64,000 nt of DNA from an uncultured virus (IMG/VR IMGVR_UViG_2875450446_000004) (IMGVR_UViG_2875450446_000004); one strand, 5' to 3'; positions 38,626 to 48,690 are shown, numbered from the stretch's first letter. Made by a program: numbers and translations. The notes: a model not told the origin generated them from the sequence alone.

Positions 38626-39562
38626 CAGACCATTCGGACGTGTTCGCTACGCACGCCCCGCCTTTCGGCTGCTCCGTGTTACCACGAAGATTAGACTATA
38701 TCTTCGCCCACGTGGGGCGCCTCCTGTTTCGACTGCCAATCGCTTGCAGCCTACGGCTTTCGCCTAGTCGTTGCACGTTCAAGACGTTTTATCGAGATGT
38801 TTCCATCTATGCCGCCAACAGATCTTCTCGACTATCGATTTACTCGCGTATGAGTGAGCTTTTCGTATTTCCGAAACGCTCTTACCGCTTTGATATTCTT
38901 GCAATATAGATCTCGCTTGTTGTTCGGTGATTTTGGATGACGGATGCCTTTCACCGACGCAAAGCAACCCGTGTTTTGAGGCGTGCTGAGCATTCTCTTT
39001 TGGTGTCACCCACTCCAGATTATCGATGCTAGGGTTTGACTTATCCCCGTCAATATGATTTACTTGCGGTAGATTGTTCGGGTTGGGTACAAAGTGAAGA
39101 GCTACTAAACGGTGAACCCGTCTGCCAACAGCTTTACCGTCTCTGTAGAGAGTTACTTTGACGTACCCTTCTCGATCTTTCTTTGTTTTGACCAAAGTCA
39201 TACGTCTTAAATTAACAACTCGACTATGGTTGGTGATTCCGTAATCAGGAAAACCTTCTATAGGAACCAACTCTTCTCCATCTTCCAGAACGAAGGGTAT
39301 TTTCGTCTTCCGTAGCCCCATCTTCATTACCCGATGATTTATTGCTTCTCTTGAAACCCCTAACACCTCACCGATTTCTCTAGCGCTCATTTTGTAGTAA
39401 TTCTCGCGAATAAAATCCTCATCGATATCCAATTTGTTATGCGGTCGTCTTGCTTCGCTCATGATCGTCCTCCTTTAGTAGTTTTTGGCCCTACCGCTTT
39501 GAGGAGTTCCCATGAATTAAAGAGGTTTTCGATCGCCATTGCTGACGAAAGGGGCCAATTCA
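38626..39562 (-). mobile_element. Group I intron (937 nt) in nrdE
   Basis: Exon ends ATG-GGT, intron ends in G; P AATTCATGGGAA, Q ATCATGAG, R GTGCAACGACTA, S AAGATATAGTCT; removal gives ADQMG|QRQGAG. Confidence 0.92.
38779..39462 (-). CDS. Intron-encoded HNH homing endonuclease with N-terminal HTH and NUMOD4-like region
   Basis: SAREIGEVLGVSREAI HTH; PIEGFPDYGITN; RVHRLVA...VNHIDGDKSN...NLEW. Confidence 0.9.
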   Translation of the reverse strand: MSEARRPHNKLDIDEDFIRENYYKMSAREIGEVLGVSREAINHRVMKMGLRKTKIPFVLEDGEELVPIEGFPDYGITNHSRVVNLRRMTLVKTKKDREGYVKVTLYRDGKAVGRRVHRLVALHFVPNPNNLPQVNHIDGDKSNPSIDNLEWVTPKENAQHASKHGLLCVGERHPSSKITEQQARSILQEYQSGKSVSEIRKAHSYASKSIVEKICWRHRWKHLDKTS

Positions 39563-40282
39563 ACCCATTTGATCCGCATACCGGAACGCATTGTCGAGCA
39601 GCTTCATGACGCCGACGACGCCTTTCGTCGAATTCTCAACGCCCTTGATCGCTTCGCCTTTCGCCCTGATTTTCGATAGATTAAGCGAGACGCCACCGCC
39701 AAGTTTCGAAAGCTGCATCGCCATGTCTACCGCGCGACTGATATCGTTCAGAGAGTCGCCTACTTCGAGAAGGAAGCATGATACGAGTTCGCCGCGTCGC
39801 TTCCTGCCCGCATTCAAGAACGTCGGTGTGGCTGGTTGATATTCCTGACGGATCATCATTTCCGCAAACTCGATCGCCTTGGCTGCGTCTCCTTTCGCGA
39901 AGAATAGCGCACAGATGGCGATTCGGTCTTCGTAGCGTTCGAGGATCTTCTTCTTATCGTTCGTCTTCAGCGCGTAATCGTTATAAAACTTGAACGCACT
40001 CATAAACGAAGGGAAACGGAACTTTTTCGCGTAGGCTGCCTTGTAGACCGCTTTGATTTCGTCGAACGTATACGGCTCGAAGACTTCGCGTTCGTAATAG
40101 TCGTTCTCGATCAGATAGTCGAGCTTTTCGCGCAGATCATGGAAAAATACCGTATTCTGATTCACGTAATCTATGAAATAACTGCGGACGGCTTCGGCAT
40201 CCTTTTCGAATTGAAATCCGCCGTTTTTCCGTATCATAATTTCGTTATTAAGTTCGATATACTTCGCGTGTTTATTCGTCAA
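39563..40282 (-). CDS. nrdE: Class Ib ribonucleotide reductase alpha subunit, exon 1
   Basis: PATPTFLNAG, ELVSCFLL, SKLGGGV. Confidence 0.93.
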
Positions 40283-40628
40283 TAGCTCTCACCCTTTCCG
40301 TAAATATCCGTATATCTTCCGCCGTGCCCGCCAACTCGAACTTGTGAACGATCGGAACTCCGTATTCTTCCGCGATCAAGTCCGCCGCCTTTGCGAAGTT
40401 GCTCCCCCAGTTGCGATTGCCTGACGCAGCCACGCCCGCCATTAAATCGCCATTGTCCGCGAGGAAATCCCAAACGGTGCCGGCGACCTGGCCGAAGCCG
40501 TAAGTCCCCGTTACCAAGACGAACGGCTCCGTTAAGAGCATATCCGCCTTGATTTCGACCGCAGGCAGGCCGGTCTTGGCTACGAACCGGCGAACGTTTC
40601 CGGCCAGCGAGTAGTAGGCGATTAGCAT
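40272..40628 (-). CDS. nrdI: NrdI flavodoxin-like protein
   Basis: YYSLAGNVRRFV, SGNRNWG, KFELAGT. Confidence 0.92.
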   Translation of the reverse strand: MLIAYYSLAGNVRRFVAKTGLPAVEIKADMLLTEPFVLVTGTYGFGQVAGTVWDFLADNGDLMAGVAASGNRNWGSNFAKAADLIAEEYGVPIVHKFELAGTAEDIRIFTERVRAIDE

Positions 40629-40767
40629 AGCGATGCCACCAATACTCCGATAGGAATCGCGTACATAATCAGGACGACTACCTTTGCAAGCTTCTCTACG
40701 GAGGTTTTCGCTTCAATCGGCAGCGCCATCACCGTAAAGAAAAGCAGGCACGCTATCGCAACGTATG

Positions 40768-40968
40768 TCATTCGATCGACTCCTTCCGTTTTAGTTCCGC
40801 CTCTATTTCGTCTTTTCGCGCCAGAATCCGGTCACGCTCGTTTTTCAATTCGCTCAGCTTCGTGTCGTGCCGGCTGATTGCGTAATCAACATCGGTAAGT
40901 TGTTCGTCAAGCCATCGCAAGGACTGTCGCAACTGTGCGGCCGGCACGCCGTAGCATTCGTATGTCAT
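40768..40968 (-). CDS. Hypothetical coiled-coil protein
   Basis: ATGA-coupled within operon. Confidence 0.6.
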   Translation of the reverse strand: MTYECYGVPAAQLRQSLRWLDEQLTDVDYAISRHDTKLSELKNERDRILARKDEIEAELKRKESIE

Positions 40969-41234
40969 TGCGTTTCCTCCTCTATGTCCTTTTGAACGCG
41001 TTTATGTTCGCGGTAAGCAGTGTACAGTCGGTCAGCTAATCCGGTGAGTAACGCGGTTACCATGAAGACCACTGCGATAGTGGCTCCGACTTTAACGATT
41101 GCGCCGACCTCCGGGACCGATAGTAGCGCCGTCACGATGACGTAGCCTGTCAGACATCCTGCAGAAAACAGTCCGAGTAATAAGGTGAGCGCAATCAAGT
41201 ACGCTAATGCTCCGATAAGCCGCTGCTTAAACAT
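40965..41234 (-). CDS. Two-TM membrane protein
   Basis: Two hydrophobic helices; AGGAGG RBS. Confidence 0.6.
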   Translation of the reverse strand: MFKQRLIGALAYLIALTLLLGLFSAGCLTGYVIVTALLSVPEVGAIVKVGATIAVVFMVTALLTGLADRLYTAYREHKRVQKDIEEETQ

Positions 41235-41457
41235 CCGAACCGCCTCCTAATTCATCCTTGTATCGTTCGTGCAATGTGTCTGCTAGTTCCTTAGCGTATA
41301 CAAGAAACGCATTGACAAAGTCGGCCTCTTCCTGCGTTATTATTTCATTTTCTTTACCTTGCTTAGCTTGAATTTGGCGAGTTAAAGCAACCGCCGAATA
41401 AATAAAGCCATCAAATATCTCCTGTTTAAGAATCATCATATTTCTATGCTCTTCCAC
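41227..41457 (-). CDS. Hypothetical protein
   Basis: Operon context, RBS. Confidence 0.55.
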   Translation of the reverse strand: MEEHRNMMILKQEIFDGFIYSAVALTRQIQAKQGKENEIITQEEADFVNAFLVYAKELADTLHERYKDELGGGSDV

Positions 41458-41460
41458 CGA

Positions 41461-41826
41461 TCACTTCCCTCCGATCGTGTCGAGGATTTCTTTGATCGCG
41501 TAGTATTCCGGGTTGATTAGCGCTTTGATTCCTTCGGTGATCGCATAAATACCGAATCCTCCCGGAGTAACCACTAAAAAACAAACAGCAAGCACCACGG
41601 GAAACCATTCGAAATCCCAACTACAATGGCTCTTCTCATACGATTTTACAGTCACCTTCGTAATTATGACTCCCGCAATAACTGCGATCATTATAAAAAC
41701 GAACCCGATAATCGAATCAGTCACACCGTTAGCAAACGCCTGCTTTACGAGAACTTCGTATACATGCTCGGCCGCGACTCCGAGCTTTGCTGCCAGCTTG
41801 TCGATATACTCCATCGCTTTATCCAT
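41461..41826 (-). CDS. Phage membrane protein
   Basis: LAAKLGVAAEHVYEVLVKQ and INPEYYAIKEIL flanking two TM helices. Confidence 0.7.
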   Translation of the reverse strand: MDKAMEYIDKLAAKLGVAAEHVYEVLVKQAFANGVTDSIIGFVFIMIAVIAGVIITKVTVKSYEKSHCSWDFEWFPVVLAVCFLVVTPGGFGIYAITEGIKALINPEYYAIKEILDTIGGK

Positions 41827-41831
41827 TCGAA

Positions 41832-42389
41832 TCACTCCTTCGGTTTATCTATTACGCCAACATGAATCAGCCACGCAAGTCCGATCGCAGCCGCATCGCT
41901 CTCGTCGAAATTAGCGAACTCGCCGGTATATCCAGTCATACGCCGCACCGCCGCCTCAACTTCGTCCTTTTCTGCGTTGCCTGATCCAGCAACCAACGAC
42001 TTAACACGCGTTGCTGATATTCCGAGTTGCGGTTGCTTTGCGGTTGGAGTCTTCCAATACTTATCGAACGTTAACCCGAATCGCGACGTTGCTCGTTCGC
42101 ACGCGTTCCACGCCGCCAGAACCGGATAGTTCGAGGTCGACGTTTTGCCTGCGAAGTCCTCCCGTACCACATAGTCGAATCCATCTCGCGGGTAGTTTTT
42201 ATCGAGGAACATCAGCGCCCACCCTTCGATAACTTCGGCTCGATGCGCGTGTGACCGGCTAGGGTTTGGCTTGACGTGCGATAGCGCTTTGATCGTTGGC
42301 TTTCGGTTGCGTACCTCGATGATCGCCACGCCTGGGCAGGTCATCGACGTGTCGAACGCAAGGCACCGGATAGGCTTGGCGCTACTCAT
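41832..42389 (-). CDS. RuvC-like Holliday junction resolvase
   Basis: LAFDTS..PG, VVRE, VKSLVAGSGNAEKDEV, DESDAAAIG. Confidence 0.85.
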   Translation of the reverse strand: MSSAKPIRCLAFDTSMTCPGVAIIEVRNRKPTIKALSHVKPNPSRSHAHRAEVIEGWALMFLDKNYPRDGFDYVVREDFAGKTSTSNYPVLAAWNACERATSRFGLTFDKYWKTPTAKQPQLGISATRVKSLVAGSGNAEKDEVEAAVRRMTGYTGEFANFDESDAAAIGLAWLIHVGVIDKPKE

Positions 42390-43425
42390 CTGCCCGCACT
42401 CTTTCGATAAATTCGAGCGCATCAACGTACTGCCGTTTCGTAGATTCGTATACGTTCGACCTCAATACTCGCGACACTTTTGCGCGAAGCTCCGCCAGTT
42501 CTTCGTCCGTCAGCGACTTCGCAATAGCCGTCTTGTATCCGTTAAATGTCCATCCGTTCAGGTCCAACGGTAAGGGCGCTCCTTCTTCGACAGACTTGCG
42601 AATTTCTACGAATCTATCGAATAATTCCGTCACGTCTTCTTCCGTAATTTCGATGCCGAACGCCCGCATGTCCGGTGACTTTTCGAACTCTCCTTCCGGA
42701 TACACCCACGACTTTTTAGCCGCGTTTACGTAAAGGATAACGTATAGGTCGACGCCATACATCGGACCGTAGGCGACGCATTGCTTGACGTGCTTTTCTT
42801 CCGGCTGCCGCATCGAATGGAGGGACGTCTTTGCGGCGGTCGTCTGCTTCGATTTAATTTCGAGACCGACGCGCAACACCTCGCCGTCTTCCGTTACGTA
42901 GCGCATGATGCCGTCGCACGTTCCGTAAAGGTTGAACGAGTATCCGCGATGTGTGACCGGATGATTCCTTTTCGCGAAATCCTCGAACATCGGCGTGCCG
43001 TCTTCGTTCTTTTCGAAGCTGAACGGACAGGGGCGGCCGGTCTTCTTCTCGAAGTGTTTCTCCATGAAGAGAATGTCGCGCTGGATTACGTCACCGATCG
43101 CTGTACCAATCCGAGTCCACCGTCCTTGATACGGAGGCTTTTTCGTTTCGTCTCTCGGAGATCCGATCGCTTTATGGTAAAGCTCGCGCGGGCAAGCGTT
43201 AGCAGATGACGGTGAGAAATACGGCTTCTTCGGAAATACTTTCGGAGCATTGGCGTACCATTTATGGATCTGCGCGTCCAGGGCGTTATCCCACGTCTCC
43301 GGCAGCGAGTGCCATTCGTTTAGATATTCGACCAACTCATCCGCAATCTGCTGCGCGTATGTGGTCGGTTCTTTTAATTGTGCCCGCAGTGAATTTGCGG
43401 CTGATCTTCCGTTTGAATTCGTCAA
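42382..43425 (-). CDS. PD-(D/E)xK (Cas4-like) phage exonuclease
   Basis: SPSSANACPRELY, GTCDG, LEIKS, QCVAY. Confidence 0.8.
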   Translation of the reverse strand: MTNSNGRSAANSLRAQLKEPTTYAQQIADELVEYLNEWHSLPETWDNALDAQIHKWYANAPKVFPKKPYFSPSSANACPRELYHKAIGSPRDETKKPPYQGRWTRIGTAIGDVIQRDILFMEKHFEKKTGRPCPFSFEKNEDGTPMFEDFAKRNHPVTHRGYSFNLYGTCDGIMRYVTEDGEVLRVGLEIKSKQTTAAKTSLHSMRQPEEKHVKQCVAYGPMYGVDLYVILYVNAAKKSWVYPEGEFEKSPDMRAFGIEITEEDVTELFDRFVEIRKSVEEGAPLPLDLNGWTFNGYKTAIAKSLTDEELAELRAKVSRVLRSNVYESTKRQYVDALEFIERVRADE

Positions 43426-45609
43426 TTAATCGTCTCCCTTCGTTTTGAACCATTCATCCACCGAGAAACCGTTTCCCCATCTGCGGCAAATCTCGATATC
43501 CGTCTTATTCGGAATATTGCCGAAAACGTACGTATTTAGCATGACATCCTCGAAGTCTTTAACGTCTTCTCGCGTGATAGTGTCCGGCACTAAAAGCAGC
43601 GCCTCGTCATGCACCACGCACCATATCCGCCATTCTCCGCGACCTTCAGCCGTCTTCCTGTCGCATAACTCTTGAAGCGCAATCATCGTAGCTTTGGTCT
43701 GGATCGCTGCTGATCCCTGGACTCTTGCGTTGGTTGACTGCGTATAAACGGCCGAATAATGGCCTTTGGCGTTTCGGTCCTTCGCGTCAGGCAGACGTCT
43801 CTTACGTTGGCCGCGATCCATCCAAACATATCCGTGCTTCTTAACGAAAGCTTGATTCGTTTCGACCCACTTTTTGACGACCGGAAACCTTTCGAAGAAG
43901 TTGTCGAGGAACTTCTGCGCCTCTTTCTTCGATATTCCGATAGCGTCCTTGAGCATGTTCGCGCCTCCTCCGTAAGCAACCGCAAGCATGATGACCTTCG
44001 CCTGTTTCCGGTACACTGATCCGTCGCCGCATTCTTCGATCGGCTTATTGAAAACCTCCGCAGCGATTGACGCATATAGATCGTTTCCTTGTAGGTAGTT
44101 ATCGACAAGTTTCGGATCTTGCGAGAAATACGCCAGGCATCGGTATTCTTGCTGACTCCAGTCTCCGCCTAAAATCGCATATCCTTTAGGAGCTACGAAC
44201 ATTTTCCGGGCTTCCTTCGGTTGATTCTGTAGGTTGACGCCTGTTCCACCGGAAGAAAACCGACCGGTCTTTGCGCCGTTCTGATTGAAATTCGTGTAGA
44301 GTTTGCCGGTCCTCTTGTCGATTAATTCCGGCAAAGCGTTGATGTACGTTGAATACAGTTTGAATTTTTCTTTGTATTCAAGCAGCTTCTTAATGATCGG
44401 ATGTTTGCTCGCAAGAGGTTTTAGGACTTTCTTTGCGTCGGTTGAGCCGAGCTTCTCTCCGGTCGCTTCTTCTAACGCTGGCTTCAGCTGCGCCGGCGAG
44501 TTAATGTTGATGTCGCCCAACTCGTCGATAATCTCCGCATACAAACGATCGATTTCCGCTTTGATTTCCTTACCGTATTCCTCCGCGAAATCTAGGTCGA
44601 TGTCGAATCCGGTTGACTCGAGCTTCTGTACGACGGTGATTAACGGAACTTCTACCGTCTCATAGTAGCGAAGGATATCCGGAAACTTCTTCAGGTGTTC
44701 GCGTTGGAAATCGCGAAGCTTCCTCGTCACATCCCCGTCTTTTGCCGCATAAGCAAGCGCAATTCGTAGATCGCTCACTTCGTCAAAGCCGATCTTTCCG
44801 AATAAGTCTTCGTATGTGTCCGATTTAATCCGCAGATATTTGGTGACGAGATTCTTTAGCGCAAAGGACGGCTCATTTTCGTTAAGCATCCGCATCGCTT
44901 CCTGTGTGTCCCACGTAAGGCCCCGCAATGTGATTCCTTCGCGATCCAGCATGTGAATATCGAACTTTGCGTTATGGGCGAGCTTTCCGATCGACTCATC
45001 TTCGTAAAATGGCCGCAGTTTTTCGACGACAAATCCGTTATCTAACTGCGGATGATCCGTCTTATGTTTCGTTGGGATATACGCGTGGATGTCCGCTTTA
45101 ATAGCCGTCAGCACATGGCCGACAATGTAGTCATTCCATACGTCTGTGCCCGTTGTCTCAACGTCGAATACGATCTCTTCTTCGTCAGCAAGCAACGCGA
45201 GGAATTCGTCTAGCCGCGCTTCGTCCGTAATCAGCCAGTAGTTTTCCGGCGTATTCTCGACCATCTTCCGCAAGGTTTCCTCACGCTGTTGCTCCTGTAG
45301 CGTCTTCCATAGCCGCATGGCCTCCGCCTTGCTGAACGCTTTCGGATTGCCGGCCTTGTTCACGCAGTCAGACGGATTCCTGGCGAGTTTGCCTGCGTCC
45401 ATTGCCGCTTTGACTTCGTCTAATCGCTGGCGGTCGGTTTCCGATAGCTTGCTTGCGAATATGCGACGCCAGCTCTCCTCGATCGGTTCGGCCGTTTTCG
45501 CCTTCTTCTTCCGCTTGGCTGTTTCGGCAACTTTTTCGTTTGTAACTTCGTTAGTCTTTGGCGTCAAAGCGCTAAGATTCAACCGCAGATTTCCGAGTTC
45601 CATTCGCAT
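43426..45609 (-). CDS. Family A DNA polymerase with 3'-5' exonuclease domain
   Basis: FDVETTG, HNAKFD, TGRFSS, DWSQQEYR, RKQAKVIMLAVAYG, VHDE. Confidence 0.95.
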   Translation of the reverse strand: MRMELGNLRLNLSALTPKTNEVTNEKVAETAKRKKKAKTAEPIEESWRRIFASKLSETDRQRLDEVKAAMDAGKLARNPSDCVNKAGNPKAFSKAEAMRLWKTLQEQQREETLRKMVENTPENYWLITDEARLDEFLALLADEEEIVFDVETTGTDVWNDYIVGHVLTAIKADIHAYIPTKHKTDHPQLDNGFVVEKLRPFYEDESIGKLAHNAKFDIHMLDREGITLRGLTWDTQEAMRMLNENEPSFALKNLVTKYLRIKSDTYEDLFGKIGFDEVSDLRIALAYAAKDGDVTRKLRDFQREHLKKFPDILRYYETVEVPLITVVQKLESTGFDIDLDFAEEYGKEIKAEIDRLYAEIIDELGDININSPAQLKPALEEATGEKLGSTDAKKVLKPLASKHPIIKKLLEYKEKFKLYSTYINALPELIDKRTGKLYTNFNQNGAKTGRFSSGGTGVNLQNQPKEARKMFVAPKGYAILGGDWSQQEYRCLAYFSQDPKLVDNYLQGNDLYASIAAEVFNKPIEECGDGSVYRKQAKVIMLAVAYGGGANMLKDAIGISKKEAQKFLDNFFERFPVVKKWVETNQAFVKKHGYVWMDRGQRKRRLPDAKDRNAKGHYSAVYTQSTNARVQGSAAIQTKATMIALQELCDRKTAEGRGEWRIWCVVHDEALLLVPDTITREDVKDFEDVMLNTYVFGNIPNKTDIEICRRWGNGFSVDEWFKTKGDD

Positions 45610-45773
45610 CCTCCTTTCCCGCGTGATGGGTTCGATCTATCGCGACATCTTGTTTATTAAAGCGAATAATAGGAAGTTAATAGCGTTGTGAATCGCGTTC
45701 CCATACTCGCCTTGCAACAACGAAAAAGCGCATAAGGCACCACTGATCACACCGACGAAATAACTAAACGTCC

Positions 45774-45956
45774 TCATAAATCAACCTCCTCCGTCCATTT
45801 CCGCTTGTATTCCGCCTCGTTATCCGTATACCAATCCGACCAGCAAGCGTTGTCACAAAAGTACCGGTCGAAGAGCGAATCGTATGTTGCGGATCGCCCT
45901 TCGTTGATTGCCCGGCTACATGCGGCGCAGATGGCGGCGGGATTATTTGCGGTCAA
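45774..45956 (-). CDS. Small zinc-binding protein
   Basis: CAAC and FCDNAC. Confidence 0.55.
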   Translation of the reverse strand: MTANNPAAICAACSRAINEGRSATYDSLFDRYFCDNACWSDWYTDNEAEYKRKWTEEVDL

Positions 45957-47016
45957 AACGTGCCTCGACAGGTACGATGAGATTTAATTCATCCGGATCT
46001 ACGTTATATCTCTCGACATCTCCAAAATTATCCACCGCTTCGATTCTAAGGGTGCCTCCACCGCTCTCACTAACGACCTCTCCGAACCCGTTAGTTTCGA
46101 ATGCAGTCCGATCATCATATCCTACGATATCTCCGATCCTATACTCGCTAACCTCCCGTCCGATTGCGGCCCATCTCTTACACTCTTTCACTTCGGCCTG
46201 CTTTCGTTTAGCTTCGGCAACCTCTTCGTCGGCGGCGCGAACGAGGGACTTTTCGTCTTCCCATCCGGCATACTCCCCGTTGACAAAAGCAAGCTTGAAC
46301 GGAACCGCCGAATCATCGTCTTCTGTAATTTTGACGATATCCCCTCGGCCACAGTAGCCGTTCCGTGCAGTACCGACCACCTTCGCATAATCACCGACTT
46401 TCAGGCGTTCAGGCTTCGGCTCGGCGGCGCTGACTTTGCGGTAGACTTCGAACCTTTTTCCGCATGTATCGTAGCTATCGCCATCATCATCGTAGATTTG
46501 TGGATCTCCACAACCATCTACGCGATATATTTCGTAATATTTATCCGAAGTAAGGTATGAGCTGGTTGCATTAGGAAACTTAACGAAATCGCCCGCCTTC
46601 GCCTCGCTCTTGTCAATCCGTACGTACTTCGGTACAGCTTCGACTTTTAGCGCAGCAACGTCGGATTTTAGGGATTCGATATCCTTTTCGTTCGTGCTAA
46701 TGCGATCTTCTAATGACGATTGAGATGCGGCGACTTTTCGGAAGAGTATGCTATCCCCGTCTGTTACGGCGTTTCCGTGAAAGTCGTCTATTTCATCTCG
46801 GACAGATAACAGCGAAGTACCCTCGTCGCGTACTAGTAGGTAAAATCCGCCTAATTTAAGATCCGGATGCCTATGTCCGTTAAGTACCAAATCTCCGGAT
46901 TTTCCGACACTTCTCGGAGTTCCTTCCACACGCTCATATTCCGCACCATCATACGCAACCTTCGTAATTTCACCGTTCACCTTATCGAGTGTCTTAACGC
47001 CGTGTAATTTCGCCAT
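45943..47016 (-). CDS. Hypothetical modular protein with repeated (K)VGD domains
   Basis: Repeated KSGD/KAGD/KVGD/RIGD segments; strong RBS. Confidence 0.65.
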   Translation of the reverse strand: MAKLHGVKTLDKVNGEITKVAYDGAEYERVEGTPRSVGKSGDLVLNGHRHPDLKLGGFYLLVRDEGTSLLSVRDEIDDFHGNAVTDGDSILFRKVAASQSSLEDRISTNEKDIESLKSDVAALKVEAVPKYVRIDKSEAKAGDFVKFPNATSSYLTSDKYYEIYRVDGCGDPQIYDDDGDSYDTCGKRFEVYRKVSAAEPKPERLKVGDYAKVVGTARNGYCGRGDIVKITEDDDSAVPFKLAFVNGEYAGWEDEKSLVRAADEEVAEAKRKQAEVKECKRWAAIGREVSEYRIGDIVGYDDRTAFETNGFGEVVSESGGGTLRIEAVDNFGDVERYNVDPDELNLIVPVEARFDRK

Positions 47017-47056
47017 CGAATCGTCCTCCTTTTATTGACCGTCCGACCCGGTAAGG

Positions 47057-47491
47057 TCAAACCGCCTCCGCTTCGTTATTTTCCGCAAAATCTTCACGCA
47101 TGAAATTCAGATCCATTTCGACCCAGCGCTTGCCTTCCCGATCCGACGGCCCCCAATAGTCGGTAATGCCGCGGTTGTCGAACATCCAGACGCGAGGGAA
47201 TTCTCCCTCACCGATCAGCACGCCGATGAAGAAGTCGACGTCTTCTGGCGTATATGGCCGGCCGTCTCCTTTTCGGCCTTCTACCGTTAAGAAACCACGA
47301 TCTTCTCTACGGTCCCGGATCGTCTTAACCTGGAACGTCTTCCATTCGCCTGTGCCCGGATCTCTTGCGCTGATATCGAACGGTTCTTCCGTCTCCGCTT
47401 TTGATACCGCCTGCCACCCGCTAGCCATTAAAGCTGCGCGGGCGATCAGTTCGGAATATTTGCCGATAGTTTCCTTGAGATGCGCCATCAC
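47057..47491 (-). CDS. Small PD-(D/E)xK endonuclease
   Basis: G..SE, PFD, QVKT, YTPEDVDFF pattern. Confidence 0.7.
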   Translation of the reverse strand: MMAHLKETIGKYSELIARAALMASGWQAVSKAETEEPFDISARDPGTGEWKTFQVKTIRDRREDRGFLTVEGRKGDGRPYTPEDVDFFIGVLIGEGEFPRVWMFDNRGITDYWGPSDREGKRWVEMDLNFMREDFAENNEAEAV

Positions 47492-47643
47492 TCCGCCTCC
47501 AATAACTTGTATAGTCTAGCCGTCTCTAAAAGCAACACGCCGCATGATACGTTTAAAATTCCGACTGCAATATCTCCGTAAAGCATTCTACCGACTGCTA
47601 AACAGAAAAATATAATCGCGAGAACAATTCGAGTTTGATACAT
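47488..47643 (-). CDS. Small membrane protein (51 aa)
   Basis: AAGGAGG RBS; hydrophobic; coupled to next gene. Confidence 0.55.
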   Translation of the reverse strand: MYQTRIVLAIIFFCLAVGRMLYGDIAVGILNVSCGVLLLETARLYKLLEAE

Positions 47644-47665
47644 TCAATCGTCCTCCTTCGTTTTA

Positions 47666-48442
47666 TTAAAACGGCAGATCATCGTCACTGATTTCGTTAG
47701 ATTTTTCGTTATTAGATTCCGCACCAAGCGACAGACCGATCAAGCTAATATCGAATCCTGCTGCGACTAGGTTTTCGATCTGCGTCTTCTCGTCAGCTTC
47801 GAACAGTAGGCCGTCGAACAACTTCATATCGAATTCTTTGCCGTCGTATTTGCTGAAGTTCTCGCGTTCCTTATCCGTCAGGTCTTCCTCCATATCGATG
47901 AATGGCGTTAAGCTGACCGTCGTTGATGTGCCGGAACCTGTTTTCGAAAGCTCAAACGCAACCTTTCCGAGTTTCTTTTCGAACTTCGTGATAACTGCGT
48001 AAACGGCCTGCGCTTGCTTTTTCGAAAGGTCGATGATGATTGGATTACCTGTTTCTAAGTCGATGAATCCGAGTGCATAACGTTCTTTGACGCGATACTT
48101 GGCGGCTTCTTCCTTGTACTTCTCTTCCGCTTTTGAGTCGCCCTTATCCGCAGCCGCCTTCTTTAAATCCTGATAATACTTCCAAGCGAGGTCCCACGGT
48201 GTGTAATCCGCAACCGGAAAGCCTTTATCGTTCATCTTGCTTGGTTTCTCCGCAACGAACGAGTTTACTTTCTTGTAGATACCGTAGCTGTAGAAACGAA
48301 TAAGGTCTTCGGTACCGAGTACGCGAACCTTAAAGGAAGATCCCGACTTAAAGCTCGTAAATTCCATCCCGTTTCCGCTTCCGCCTTCGTTCGTTGAGTT
48401 TAAAGCGTTGAGCGCCGCCGCGCCTTTTTGAAATTGACTCAT
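47666..48442 (-). CDS. Phage single-stranded DNA-binding protein
   Basis: Acidic C-terminal tail ISDDDLPF; in the replication module. Confidence 0.75.
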   Translation of the reverse strand: MSQFQKGAAALNALNSTNEGGSGNGMEFTSFKSGSSFKVRVLGTEDLIRFYSYGIYKKVNSFVAEKPSKMNDKGFPVADYTPWDLAWKYYQDLKKAAADKGDSKAEEKYKEEAAKYRVKERYALGFIDLETGNPIIIDLSKKQAQAVYAVITKFEKKLGKVAFELSKTGSGTSTTVSLTPFIDMEEDLTDKERENFSKYDGKEFDMKLFDGLLFEADEKTQIENLVAAGFDISLIGLSLGAESNNEKSNEISDDDLPF

Positions 48443-48690
48443 TCGATTTCCCCCTACGTTTTAATTTTGAGGCTTTTCGCCCTCGCAAAATGCCGGTACC
48501 TGCGTCCGAAACGCCGCCAGCGCTAAGCCGTAGCGACGCGACTCTGTTACTTAACGGCCACCCCGACATTCTCCGAGCGCCGGGCCGCAATGTCCGCCGC
48601 CCTCATTCGCCTTCTTCGCGATTAACTTCGTAAATAAGTCCGCCAATGACAAGCGCTGCAATCACCGCAAATATTTCGAATATCCATGCG

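Noticed and set aside
37246..40282. Intein in NrdE as in SPbeta
   Set aside because: Spliced product is 699 aa, normal NrdE length, with no insertion seen
42382..43425. Cas4-like gene as evidence of CRISPR-Cas
   Set aside because: No array or other cas gene seen; sits with PolA and resolvase as a replication nuclease
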